Below, one piece after another: positions 20,609 to 30,405 of a stretch of 32,000 nucleotides of DNA (position 1 is the stretch's first letter; each line of letters opens with the position of its first letter). Origin of the DNA: an uncultured Alphaproteobacteria bacterium (lineage in GTDB: Bacteria; Pseudomonadota; Alphaproteobacteria; RF32; CAG-239); NCBI GenBank assembly GCA_944392215.1, contig CALXVX010000045.1, positions 1 to 32,000 on the forward strand, given 5' to 3'. A program made the translations under genes and the position numbers. The notes below the pieces were generated by a model. That model did not search any database, was not told the origin of the DNA, and saw only the letters and a list, made by a program, of their open reading frames with translations.

Positions 20609-20665
20609 AAAATCTAACTTAATATATCGGCTAGAATTTAGTAATTTTGTAGAAGGACCTGGAAA

Positions 20666-21340
20666 TTGTATAATTTGCCTAATCTTTTGACGATATCCAG
20701 AATCGTTGTTATTCCGGTTATCTTTTTGACGGTTTATATTCACTCTCTTTGGTGGGGGCTCTTTGCTGCCGTATTGTTTATCATTGCCTCTATCACAGAC
20801 TATTTTGATGGCTATCTGGCTCGCGCCAGAGGTGAGGTATCTGCTTTTGGGCGATTGCTTGACCCGATTGCCGATAAGCTTTTGGTGGCATCTGCTTTGG
20901 TCGTCTTGTTGGCTAAGCCCGGAATGCTGGTTACCAAACTCAGTTTTATTCCGATTATCGTTATCTTGTGCCGGGAGCTCTTGGTGTCTGGTTTAAGAGA
21001 GTTTTTGATGGAAGTTAAAATCGGAATGCCGGTTACCCGTTTGGCTAAGTGGAAAACAGGCTTCCAGATGACGGCTCTTTCCATGATGTTGCTTAAAGGG
21101 TTTTGGTATTGGGGCGGAATCGGAGAGATTTTGCTTTGGGTCGCCGGTGTCTTGACCTTTATTACCGGATATCAGTATTTTCAGAAAAGCTTGGATTATA
21201 TCAGAAGCCAAGACAAGACCAAAAAAACTGCGGCTCAGGAAGAAAAGAAAGCCTCCTTTTCTAAAACAAATCTAAAAGTTATCGCAAAGAAAAAAACTGC
21301 CACAAGGAAAAAAACAGTAAAGGCTTCTGCCAAAAAGTAA
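20666..21340 (+). CDS. pgsA: CDP-diacylglycerol--glycerol-3-phosphate 3-phosphatidyltransferase with Lys-rich C-terminal tail
   Basis: TTG start with SD gaagga 8 nt upstream. YNLPNLLTISR and the CDP-alcohol phosphotransferase motif DYFDGYLARARGEVSAFGRLLDPIADK. uvrC-pgsA adjacency as in E. coli. Confidence 0.9.
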   Translation: MYNLPNLLTISRIVVIPVIFLTVYIHSLWWGLFAAVLFIIASITDYFDGYLARARGEVSAFGRLLDPIADKLLVASALVVLLAKPGMLVTKLSFIPIIVILCRELLVSGLREFLMEVKIGMPVTRLAKWKTGFQMTALSMMLLKGFWYWGGIGEILLWVAGVLTFITGYQYFQKSLDYIRSQDKTKKTAAQEEKKASFSKTNLKVIAKKKTATRKKTVKASAKK

Positions 21341-21365
21341 GCAACCTTTGAAAGGGTAACCCCAT

Positions 21366-22055
21366 ATGGATACGGAGGCCAAACATATTCTGGTGGTGGA
21401 TGATGACACCCGTTTACGCTCTCTCCTGCAAAGATTTTTGCGGGAGAATGGCTTTTTTGTGTCTGTTGCCAAATGTGCCTCTGAGGCTCGTAAGTTTTTG
21501 CGCCAATATAAGTTTGATTTGCTTATTGTCGATATTATGATGCCTGAAGAAACCGGGCTTGAGTTTTTGAGCGGGGTGCGCCAGGACAGCTCCATTCCGG
21601 TAATATTGCTCACGGCTATGGGGGAAACCGCTGATAGGATTATCGGGCTTGAGAGCGGTGCCGATGATTATTTGCCAAAGCCGTTTGAACCAAAAGAATT
21701 GGTCTTGCGCATCAGAAATATTTTGAAGCGTACCCCGGTTGAGAAAAATGCCGAGGCCGGAAAGCTAAACTTGGGTTTGTGTTTCTATGACTTGCAGAAA
21801 AAAGAGCTGCAGTCAAAAACCGGAGAGGTCATTCATATAACTCCGGTGGAGCAGGCATTGCTGAATATTTTGGGGGCTAAGTCCGGACAGGTCTTTACGC
21901 GTGAAAAGTTGGCCGAAATGCTCGGTGCCGGGCAAAGCCCTCGCTCGATTGATGTACAGATTACTCGTTTGCGCAAAAAAATTGAGCAAGATTCTAAGAA
22001 TCCCCGCTATTTGCAAACGGTCAGAGGCAAAGGATATATGCTTTTGCCGGAATAG
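21366..22055 (+). CDS. ompR: OmpR-family response regulator
   Basis: ILVVDDDTRLRSLLQRFLRENGF, LLIVDIMMPEE, GADDYLPKPF, RSIDVQITRLRKKIE...PRYLQTVRGKGY. Block-for-block similar to E. coli OmpR. Confidence 0.88.
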   Translation: MDTEAKHILVVDDDTRLRSLLQRFLRENGFFVSVAKCASEARKFLRQYKFDLLIVDIMMPEETGLEFLSGVRQDSSIPVILLTAMGETADRIIGLESGADDYLPKPFEPKELVLRIRNILKRTPVEKNAEAGKLNLGLCFYDLQKKELQSKTGEVIHITPVEQALLNILGAKSGQVFTREKLAEMLGAGQSPRSIDVQITRLRKKIEQDSKNPRYLQTVRGKGYMLLPE

Positions 22056-22077
22056 TTTTTTAAGAAAGGAAACAAAT

Positions 22078-23436
22078 ATGCATCTTAGGTTGTCTCCCAA
22101 AGTAGAGGAAAAATTGCGCTATTTGCGTTTGAAGTTTTTGCCGAGGACATTGTTTTTCAGAACAATGTTGTTGATTTTTGTGCCGTTGATTGTGGTGCAA
22201 ATTGTTTCCGTGGTGATGTTTTTTGACGGAAGTTGGAGCCGGATGGGCCGCAGATTGTCTGAAAACCTGGCCGCTGACATGAGCTTTATTACCGATTTGG
22301 TGCAAAAAGATGTATCAAAAGTTGCCAAAGTGCAGGAAATGGCCGACAAAACTTTCGGCATCCAAATGGAATATTATGATAACCAGGAAAAATATCAGGT
22401 TATCAGTAAAACGCATCGCGGCAGTAAGATGGTGGTCGGGTATTTGGAAGAGGCATTGGAAGAGACTTTTCCAAATGCCAAAAGAGAGATTTTGCTTAGC
22501 AAAGATGACAATGACTTGATCGTACTTATTGATGATGAGCATGGGTTGTTTAAGTTTATGACGTCTAAGAAGAAAATCTTTAGCTCTTCTATCTTCATGT
22601 TTGTGGTCTGGATGGTGGGTACATCTATTCTTTTGTTTTTGGTGGCAGTGCTGTTTTTGCGCATCCAAGTTAGGTCTATTGCCGAGCTTGCGCAGGTGGC
22701 GGAAGATTTTGGTAAGGGAATTGATAATAAAAACTTTAAACCTTATGGCTCTTCTGAAGTGCGCAAAGCCGCAATTGCGTTTATTAAGATGAAGGAAAGA
22801 ATCCAGCGCCAAATCAGCGAGCGTACGCAAATGTTGGCTGGCGTTTCTCATGATTTGCGCACACCGCTGACCAGAATGAAACTGCAGGCAGCCATGATGC
22901 CTGAGGGGGAGGACAAAAAAGATTTTCTCTCTGATGTGGACGAGATGGAAAAAATGCTTGATGGCTATTTGGCTTTTGTTAGCGGTGAGGCAGGTGAAAA
23001 GTCTACTTTTGTTGATATGAATGAAATGATTTTGAGTATTATCAATAAATTCCGCAATAAAAAGGCTCTTATCCGGTACTCTACCAACGATGATGTGAGC
23101 GCTATTCAGGGGCGTGAGCAGGCTTTGAAGCGCGCTCTGACTAATATCATTTCCAACGCCTTTCGGTATGGCAAAACAATCGCCGTGAAGTTGGAAAGCA
23201 ATGATAAAAAGCTTTGGATATCTGTTGATGATGATGGTCCGGGAATTCCGGCTGATAAGCGTGAGGATGTGTTTAAGGCATTTTATCGGTTGGAAAATTC
23301 CCGAAATAAAGAAACCGGCGGTGTCGGGTTGGGGTTGTCTATTGCCAAAGATGTGATTACTTCTCATGGCGGGACAATCGAGCTTTTGGACAGCGAACTC
23401 GGTGGTTTGAAGGTTTTAATCAGTATTCCTTTGTAG
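22078..23436 (+). CDS. envZ: EnvZ-like sensor histidine kinase
   Basis: ATG at 22078 with SD aaagga 7 nt upstream. Two TM segments. H-box LAGVSHDLRTPLTRMKL, N-box NAFRYG, G1 DDDGPGIP, G2 GGVGLGLSIAK. The ORF-track extension to 21901 overlaps ompR and is rejected. Confidence 0.88.
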   Translation: MHLRLSPKVEEKLRYLRLKFLPRTLFFRTMLLIFVPLIVVQIVSVVMFFDGSWSRMGRRLSENLAADMSFITDLVQKDVSKVAKVQEMADKTFGIQMEYYDNQEKYQVISKTHRGSKMVVGYLEEALEETFPNAKREILLSKDDNDLIVLIDDEHGLFKFMTSKKKIFSSSIFMFVVWMVGTSILLFLVAVLFLRIQVRSIAELAQVAEDFGKGIDNKNFKPYGSSEVRKAAIAFIKMKERIQRQISERTQMLAGVSHDLRTPLTRMKLQAAMMPEGEDKKDFLSDVDEMEKMLDGYLAFVSGEAGEKSTFVDMNEMILSIINKFRNKKALIRYSTNDDVSAIQGREQALKRALTNIISNAFRYGKTIAVKLESNDKKLWISVDDDGPGIPADKREDVFKAFYRLENSRNKETGGVGLGLSIAKDVITSHGGTIELLDSELGGLKVLISIPL

Positions 23437-23446
23437 GGAAATATAG

Positions 23447-24727
23447 ATGAGTGATGATGTGAAATTGCCGGAAGACGATATTATGGATTTGGAGGGGCAG
23501 CCTCTTGACGGGGATTTTGATTTGCCGAAGTCAGATGATGATTTTGATTTGGATAAGTTCTTGGCGGAAAACACGTCGGAAAATAGACTGGGGACTGATG
23601 CGCCTCTGGCTCGGGACAGTTTGGATCTAAATCAATGGCTTGATGGTGAAAATAAGCTCGATAGTGCGGAGGCACATTCGGTTACCCTTTCAGAGGTTTC
23701 AGAGGATGAAGATGTTGGGCAATCAGCAACTCCTTTTGAACGAGCTGAAGAAACAATAGCAGAAAGAGATGTCGAACCCGATGCTGAAATTGAGGTTGAG
23801 CCAGAGCCTGTTGATGATATGGATGAGCAAGCGGCGCCGCAAACTTTCAATGATGTTTCGAGGGATGCAGAAGTTGAGCCAATGGCTGAGGTGGAAGCAG
23901 AGTTTGAGCCGGTTGATGATAACGAGGCTGCTGAGCCTGATTCAGAAATTGTGGCAGAGCCTGAGGCAGAGACAGAGCCTGTTCCAGAGGTTGAAATTGC
24001 ATCCGAAGCGGAAGTCGAAAATGTACCAGAGGTTGAGCCAGAACCAGAGGCAGAAGTTGCACCTGAGTATGAAGCGGTTGCGGAAGGACCTGTGCAAACA
24101 GAAGAAGATGTGGTTAATGATGGTAGGTCCAAGGGCTGGGCTTTTGAGGGGATAGAGACCTCAAGCACGGAAGAAGATGAGGCATCAGCCATGGATGAGA
24201 GTGGGGAGCATCAGTTAGGGGAAGATAATTTGGCAGATGTTGAGCCTGAAGAGGAAAAGTCAGCGGAGTTTGAGCCGCAGGAGGAACAGGTGTCTTCTGT
24301 CGAGGATGCTTTTGAGGCAAAAGTTGAAAAAAAGACTGATGGATGGCTCCCGCCAGCGGTGAATGTCGGTGCCGAATCTGCTTATGGCTTGGAGGAGCCA
24401 AAAGGCTATGCTCTATGGTATAGCGGCAACTATGACGACAAGGCGTTTGAGGTTGATAAGCAATCTGTATCAGGTGTGTTGGATGGTGATAATGAGCACA
24501 AGGTCATTCATGTAAATGTCGGCTATGATACTTATGGTTGGCAGGTCGAGTTTGCCAATGGCACGGTTATGAACCTGCGTGATGTGAGAGAATATCAACT
24601 TAAAAATGGTAGATTACCGGCTGGTGATGGCGCAATCGTTTATGGCGATGAGCGTGTTGAATTTCACCATATTGAAAAGATAACACTTTATGAGAGTGTT
24701 CGTTATTTTACCTATATGCCGAATTAA
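23447..24727 (+). CDS. hyper-acidic repeat protein with a C-terminal globular domain of about 125 aa, function unknown
   Basis: SD aggga overlaps the envZ stop codon, and the start is 10 nt after envZ. A long D/E/P/V-rich region has degenerate repeats (EVEPEPVDDMDE / EAEFEPVDDNEA). The tail GWLPPAVNVG...VRYFTYMPN is non-acidic. Confidence 0.7.
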   Translation: MSDDVKLPEDDIMDLEGQPLDGDFDLPKSDDDFDLDKFLAENTSENRLGTDAPLARDSLDLNQWLDGENKLDSAEAHSVTLSEVSEDEDVGQSATPFERAEETIAERDVEPDAEIEVEPEPVDDMDEQAAPQTFNDVSRDAEVEPMAEVEAEFEPVDDNEAAEPDSEIVAEPEAETEPVPEVEIASEAEVENVPEVEPEPEAEVAPEYEAVAEGPVQTEEDVVNDGRSKGWAFEGIETSSTEEDEASAMDESGEHQLGEDNLADVEPEEEKSAEFEPQEEQVSSVEDAFEAKVEKKTDGWLPPAVNVGAESAYGLEEPKGYALWYSGNYDDKAFEVDKQSVSGVLDGDNEHKVIHVNVGYDTYGWQVEFANGTVMNLRDVREYQLKNGRLPAGDGAIVYGDERVEFHHIEKITLYESVRYFTYMPN

Positions 24728-24750
24728 CATTAAGCCCCGTTGGTGAACAT

Positions 24751-24786
24751 GGCTTTCCATTTGTGTGGAAAAGCCCTTGGTTTTTC
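24751..24786 (+). terminator. probable rho-independent terminator
   Basis: Stem ggctttcca (24751-24759) / tggaaaagcc (24766-24775) with one bulge, followed by cttggttttt. Confidence 0.5.
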
Positions 24787-24852
24787 TGGCAAGTGATGTC
24801 AGAAAATGTATAATTGAAGATAATATATTAGCTAGGGAGTTTTAGGGAATTT

Positions 24853-25142
24853 ATAAGCGGGATTAGCTTAACTGCATCAATGCGGTCGAATTTGTTGAGC
24901 CTGCAGAACATCAGTGGGCAGGTTGATCTTACCCAAGACAAATTCGCCAACAATTGGTCATTAATTCTCTTTCCTTGGTATCTTGAGCGAGTCAATTAAT
25001 ACTTAAACTATTCTAGGGTACCGTCGATCAGCACCCAGACCACCGGGAGTGGCGTGGATTACAGCGGAGTTATGCCTCTGGTCGCTTGACCGGCGCTTGT
25101 CTGGCCAGCTAGGCTCGCCAAATCAGACTTAAGTTATTCTAA
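24853..25142 (+). pseudogene. collapsed flagellin gene remnant (N- and C-terminal fragments only)
   Basis: Frame at 24853: I S G ISLTASMRSNLLSLQNISGQVDLTQ, with ATA where ATG is expected after SD-like agggag/aggga. A shifted frame gives ...INSLS. The 3' frame ending in TAA at 25140-25142 reads RLTGACLAS*ARQIRLKLF*, against the flagellin C-terminus ..QLs..ALSLASQA.Q..L.LF. Only about 290 nt remain. Confidence 0.55.
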
Positions 25143-25145
25143 AAT

Positions 25146-25178
25146 AAAACCTCTCTTTAGCGAGGTTTTATTTTTTTA
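25146..25178. terminator. hairpin plus T-run terminator shared with the convergent lipoprotein gene
   Basis: aaaacctc (25147-25154) / gaggtttt (25163-25170), then attttttt. Overlaps the stop of the minus-strand gene. Confidence 0.55.
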
Positions 25179-26042
25179 TTTGCTAATCGGAAAGACTTGG
25201 ACAGCTCCGGTATTTGCTCCGCTTGAAGATGTATCTATTGCGGAGGCTCCAAAAATATTTGCTTGTTTCTTTTTGCTTGGGGCTGTCGGCGCCTTTAACT
25301 CAGGAGCTAAGGGGTAAGCATTTTTGGGCATGCGTAAAATCATATAACCGCTGCCGCCGCCGTAGGCCGGGCCGGAAATGCCGATTGAGTAGTAACCGCC
25401 GATATAGCCATAGTCCAAATCAATATAGTCAATGGCAAAAACAGTTTTAATCGTGCTTTGACCGATGGTGGTCATTTTGCAGGTATAGCCAGCATCTTCC
25501 AGCAAAACGTGATTAACATTTTTGGCAAACAGAATTGATTTTGAAGGTGTGCAATCAGGTGTTTGGCTGCCATAGGTGACATTATAGTTCAGCACCAAAT
25601 TAATTTTGTTGGCACCTTTACCGATGATAACGTCCGTAATCCTAACGCTGTCTATATAGGCATTAGTCGGCGTGATGCCCGCGGTTATCGGCAGAGTGAT
25701 ATAATTTTCCAAGCAGGTGTGAGCATATGGATCTGCTTGGCAGATTAAAGCTTTTTGATAATTGTTGTTATCAAACAAGTGCAAAAGGCTGTTGTAGACA
25801 TATTCTTTAGACATTGACAATTTGGCCGGAGCACATTGGTGTGAGCGGCAAACGACAATGGAACTTGGTGCCCTGACTTGGGCAGGTTCCATGTCTTTTC
25901 CCATTTGTTCATATTCGGCAGCACTGGGAGCAAACGGGTTGCTTAGGAAATCTCCAGGAGTGCGGGTGCGAAAATATTCGCAACCACTAACAAGCATGAT
26001 GGAGCCAAGAAGCAATATACTTGATGATAACTTTCTAATCAT
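25176..26042 (-). CDS. Cys-rich lipoprotein, function unknown
   Basis: Signal peptide with lipobox MIRKLSSSILLLGSIMLVSG|C. SD aaaggt 6 nt upstream. Seven further Cys in the mature protein. G/Y-rich C-terminal part. Confidence 0.7.
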   Translation of the reverse strand: MIRKLSSSILLLGSIMLVSGCEYFRTRTPGDFLSNPFAPSAAEYEQMGKDMEPAQVRAPSSIVVCRSHQCAPAKLSMSKEYVYNSLLHLFDNNNYQKALICQADPYAHTCLENYITLPITAGITPTNAYIDSVRITDVIIGKGANKINLVLNYNVTYGSQTPDCTPSKSILFAKNVNHVLLEDAGYTCKMTTIGQSTIKTVFAIDYIDLDYGYIGGYYSIGISGPAYGGGSGYMILRMPKNAYPLAPELKAPTAPSKKKQANIFGASAIDTSSSGANTGAVQVFPISK

Positions 26043-26131
26043 AATTTAACCTTTTGCAAAAAATTATGCTTTATATTAAGACAAAGATTATGAAACAACA
26101 AAAGGTTTTTGCCACTTATTCAACGGATTTT

Positions 26132-26599
26132 ATGAAAATGCGATTTTTTGTTCTTGTTTTGGCCTTTTTTATTCTCTTTCCTGCTTCGGGGAGAGCCGAA
26201 GTTAGGGTTATTGACGGCGATAGCTTGATGGTTAACGGAGTGGAGGTGCGTCTTGAGGGAATTGATGCGCCCGAATATCATCAAGAGTGCTATGATAAAG
26301 ATGATAAGCCTTACCCTTGCGGCAAAATAGCCTATGAATTTTTGCTCAAAATTGTCGGGCAAGATACAACTTGTGAGGAAATTGAAAAAGACAGATATCA
26401 CCGCAGTGTCGCTGTTTGCTATTCTCAAGGCAAAAATCTTAACCAAGAAATGGTTGCAAACGGCTGGGCTGTGGCTTATACATCCTATACAGATGCCTTT
26501 TTAGATGCCGAGGCAAAAGCCAAAAAAGCCGGGCGCGGTATCTGGCAGGGGCGCTTTATGCGCCCGGAACTCTATCGGGCTTTGATGCGCAAAAAATAA
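26132..26599 (+). CDS. secreted staphylococcal-nuclease (SNase/thermonuclease)-like nuclease
   Basis: MKMRFFVLVLAFFILFPASGRAEV signal peptide, then VIDGDSLMVNGVEVRLEGIDAPE...DRYHRSVAVC...MVANGWAVAY...AKKAGRGIWQG, the SNase active-site pattern. The ORF is open from the TTG at 26054, and the ATG at 26090 is an alternative start. Confidence 0.8.
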   Translation: MKMRFFVLVLAFFILFPASGRAEVRVIDGDSLMVNGVEVRLEGIDAPEYHQECYDKDDKPYPCGKIAYEFLLKIVGQDTTCEEIEKDRYHRSVAVCYSQGKNLNQEMVANGWAVAYTSYTDAFLDAEAKAKKAGRGIWQGRFMRPELYRALMRKK

Positions 26600-26638
26600 A
26601 CTTTGCCCGGAATTTTAATTTTTTATTGAGATTCTTAC

Positions 26639-26666
26639 TTGACAGCGGCGAAAACTTATGTATATT
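26639..26666 (+). promoter_or_regulatory. putative promoter of rplU-rpmA
   Basis: TTGACA (26639-26644), 16-nt spacer, TATATT (26661-26666). Confidence 0.5.
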
Positions 26667-26710
26667 GCAAAGCAACGTTTTATGTTTAAATAAGATATAA
26701 AGGTGAAAAT

Positions 26711-27013
26711 ATGTACGCAGTTATTAAAACCGGCGGAAAACAGTACAGAGTTACAACTGGTGATGTGCTGAAAGTTGAGAAACTTGCCGGTGAAGAAGGT
26801 AAAGAAGTTGTATTCAACGAAGTTTTGGCTTTGGGCGATACCATCGGTAATCCTTTGGTTGCCGGCGCCAGCGTTAAAGCTACTGTTTTGAAACAGGCTC
26901 GTGATGCCAAAGTTATCGTGTTCAAAAAGAAACGCAGACAGAATTATCGTCGTAAAAACGGTCACAGACAGTCTATTACACTGGTCAAAATCACCGACGT
27001 TTGCGGCAAATAA
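26711..27013 (+). CDS. rplU: 50S ribosomal protein L21
   Basis: [25 protein letters not shown]... SD aaaggtga upstream. Confidence 0.95.
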   Translation: MYAVIKTGGKQYRVTTGDVLKVEKLAGEEGKEVVFNEVLALGDTIGNPLVAGASVKATVLKQARDAKVIVFKKKRRQNYRRKNGHRQSITLVKITDVCGK

Positions 27014-27032
27014 GTTTTAAGGAGATTGTATT

Positions 27033-27287
27033 ATGGCTCATAAGAAATCAGGTGGTAGCTCTAGTAACGGGCGCGACTCTATCGGACGCCGTCTCGGTTT
27101 GAAAAAATCCGGCGGTCAGAGCGTTATTCCGGGCAATATCATTGTTCGTCAACGCGGAACCCAATATCATCCGGGTGCCGGTGTCGGTATGGGTAAAGAT
27201 CATACTATTTTTGCTGTGGCCGAAGGCAAGGTTGTCTTCTCTAAAAAGGCCGGTGACAGAACAGTTGTTTCTGTTGTCAGTGAATAG
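27033..27287 (+). CDS. rpmA: 50S ribosomal protein L27
   Basis: [48 protein letters not shown]... SD aaggag upstream. Confidence 0.96.
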   Translation: MAHKKSGGSSSNGRDSIGRRLGLKKSGGQSVIPGNIIVRQRGTQYHPGAGVGMGKDHTIFAVAEGKVVFSKKAGDRTVVSVVSE

Positions 27288-27321
27288 TTTGTTCTTATTG
27301 CAAGTTATCACACAAAAGCTT

Positions 27322-28466
<1,145 letters not shown>

Positions 28467-28477
28467 GAGTAATTTAA

Positions 28478-28852
28478 GTGGCTAAGAAAGCAGCGCAAGT
28501 GCTTGAGCAAGATGAAGCAGAAAAAATTTTGGACATTATCACCAAGTCATTAGATGATGGCAAGGCCAATGATGTTGTTGTTATAGATTTGCAGGGCAAA
28601 ACTTCTATTGCCAATTATATGGTGGTGGCCAGCGGAACCTCCCAGCGCCATGTGGCCTCTTTGGCAGACCAAATCCAAATGAAACTTAAGGCGGCCGGCT
28701 ATAAATCCACCATTGAGGGTGAGGAAAAAGCCGATTGGGTTTTAATTGATGCTTTTGACGTTATTGTGCACATTTTTAAACCCGAAGTGAGAGAGTTTTA
28801 TAGTATTGAGAAGATGTGGACCCTTGGCAAAACTCGTCCGGGGGCTTTCTAA
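28478..28852 (+). CDS. rsfS: ribosomal silencing factor RsfS (iojap family)
   Basis: GTG start with SD taggag 8 nt upstream. ...DDGKANDVVVIDLQGKTSIANYMVVASGTSQRHVASLADQI...WVLIDAFDVIVHIFKPEVREFYSIEKMW. Confidence 0.9.
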   Translation: MAKKAAQVLEQDEAEKILDIITKSLDDGKANDVVVIDLQGKTSIANYMVVASGTSQRHVASLADQIQMKLKAAGYKSTIEGEEKADWVLIDAFDVIVHIFKPEVREFYSIEKMWTLGKTRPGAF

Positions 28853-28906
28853 AGCAATTTTGTGCGGTCTCACAAATTTAAGCGTTTTCTGAAAATATTA
28901 CTGCGC

Positions 28907-29347
28907 CTATTCCCGGTGGTAGGGGTGGCCCGACAGTATAGTTTGTATGCGATATATCTGTTCGCTCAATACCGCTCTCATCAGCATATGCGGCAGAGTC
29001 AGTTTGCCAAAAGATAAGATCAAATCAGCTTTATCTCTGGTTGATTGCAAGTGTCCGTCTGCGCCGCCGATTAAAAAGCAAATTTCCGAGCAGCCGTTGT
29101 TTTGCCAGTCTGCAATTTTGTGGGCGAGCTCAACGGATTTTAAATTTTCTCCTCTTTCATCCAGAACCACAACTTTGGCACCGTGAGGAATCGAAGATTG
29201 TAAAAATTTTGCCTCATCTTCCTGGTTTGAATTGTCTTTTTCTTTTATGAAAATATCCCAGCCGGAGCGTTTTACATACTCGTTTATTATCATTGCTTCA
29301 GGGGATGTCTTTTTGCATTTGCCGATGGCTAAGATGGTTACTTTCAT
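28907..29347 (-). CDS. rlmH: 23S rRNA (pseudouridine1915-N3)-methyltransferase RlmH
   Basis: MKVTILAIGK..., VVVLDERGENL, FLIGGADG, LSFGKLTLPHMLMRAVLSEQIYRIQTILSGHPYH (SPOUT RlmH pattern). The start overlaps the upstream Pit stop as ATGA. Confidence 0.9.
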   Translation of the reverse strand: MKVTILAIGKCKKTSPEAMIINEYVKRSGWDIFIKEKDNSNQEDEAKFLQSSIPHGAKVVVLDERGENLKSVELAHKIADWQNNGCSEICFLIGGADGHLQSTRDKADLILSFGKLTLPHMLMRAVLSEQIYRIQTILSGHPYHRE

Positions 29348-30405
29348 TGGTAGACTTCCAGATTAAATACGTTTTGCAGGAAAAAGAGCGAAATATAACA
29401 TACCAAAGCGGCAATTATCGGGGTGCTGACCCAGCTTACGGCAATGTGGCCTATCAGCTTCCAGTTTAGATTTCTGCCGCCTTTGGCAATGCCAATTCCC
29501 ATTACTGCACCGATGACCGCCTGTGAGCTTGAAACCGGTACCAAAGGCAAAGCCGGTAAACCGTGTGAGAGCAGAAAATGTTGCAAATTTTGTGAGGCAA
29601 ACAAAAACAAAACCAAAGATTGCGCGACTACAACCACCCAGGCCATGAGCGGCGACATTCGCATAATACCGTTGCCTACCGTATTTATTACTTTATGCGA
29701 ATAGGTAATAACCCCTGCGCCAATGGCAATGCCGCCGATTAAAAACAAAACCTGAGTGCCGCTTAGGTGCAGGCCAAAGGGCAGGGATACCGCATGTAGC
29801 GGGCTTGAGGGAACAAACACGCCCATGACATTGGCAATGTTGTTGGCTCCTAAGGCATAAGCGCCGAAAGCCCCTGCCAAAATCAAGCCAATGCGCGTAT
29901 AACTGTCTTGTCTTAGTAAATGCAAGTGTGACTTGCGGACAATCTTCCTGGTTAGCCAGTACAAGCCGACAGCGATGAAGCCCGAAAGAATCGGGCAAAA
30001 AACCCAAGTGCTGACAATTTGAGTTAAAACCGAAATATCTGTCGGTTTTGAGGCAAAAAAGTTCCAGCCGATGATGGCTCCCACAATTGCTTGCGAGGTG
30101 GAAATCGGCATGGATAAATTAACCATCCAATAAATGGTGAGAGCGGCAGCTAATGCAGACATAAAAGCGCCTGGCAGGGTATTAATACTGCCTAGGTGTC
30201 CCAGGGTTTGAGAGGCGCCGGAGCCGGCATAAACAGCTCCTAAGATGATGAATATACTGGCCGTGATTGCCGCTGTGCGAAATTTGACCATTTTGGTCCC
30301 GACTGCCGTGCCTATGATATTGGAGGCATCGCTGGCACCCAAAGACCACCCCAAAAACAAACCTGAACTCAGAAATATGAAAAAACTGATATCCATATCA
30401 GACAT
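29344..30405 (-). CDS. pit: inorganic phosphate transporter, PiT family
   Basis: GASDASNIIGTAVGT... near the N-terminus and GANNIANVMG... in the second half (duplicated PHO4 signature). Roughly 10 TM segments. Confidence 0.9.
   Translation of the reverse strand: MSDMDISFFIFLSSGLFLGWSLGASDASNIIGTAVGTKMVKFRTAAITASIFIILGAVYAGSGASQTLGHLGSINTLPGAFMSALAAALTIYWMVNLSMPISTSQAIVGAIIGWNFFASKPTDISVLTQIVSTWVFCPILSGFIAVGLYWLTRKIVRKSHLHLLRQDSYTRIGLILAGAFGAYALGANNIANVMGVFVPSSPLHAVSLPFGLHLSGTQVLFLIGGIAIGAGVITYSHKVINTVGNGIMRMSPLMAWVVVVAQSLVLFLFASQNLQHFLLSHGLPALPLVPVSSSQAVIGAVMGIGIAKGGRNLNWKLIGHIAVSWVSTPIIAALVCYISLFFLQNVFNLEVYQ

Noticed and set aside
22315-23367. 350-aa ORF antisense to envZ, and the smaller antisense ORFs opposite rplA (3588-4151), rplL (5618-6067) and uvrC.
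   Set aside because: Same codon-aligned mirror-frame effect. The envZ antisense ORF ends exactly at the first sense TCA codon. The sense genes have unambiguous conserved motifs.
23632-24192. 186-aa Ser/Thr/Ala/Gly-rich ORF antisense to the acidic protein.
   Set aside because: It is the mirror image of the GAx/GCx-rich acidic repeats. The sense ORF is longer, has an SD coupled to envZ, and has a non-repetitive C-terminal domain.
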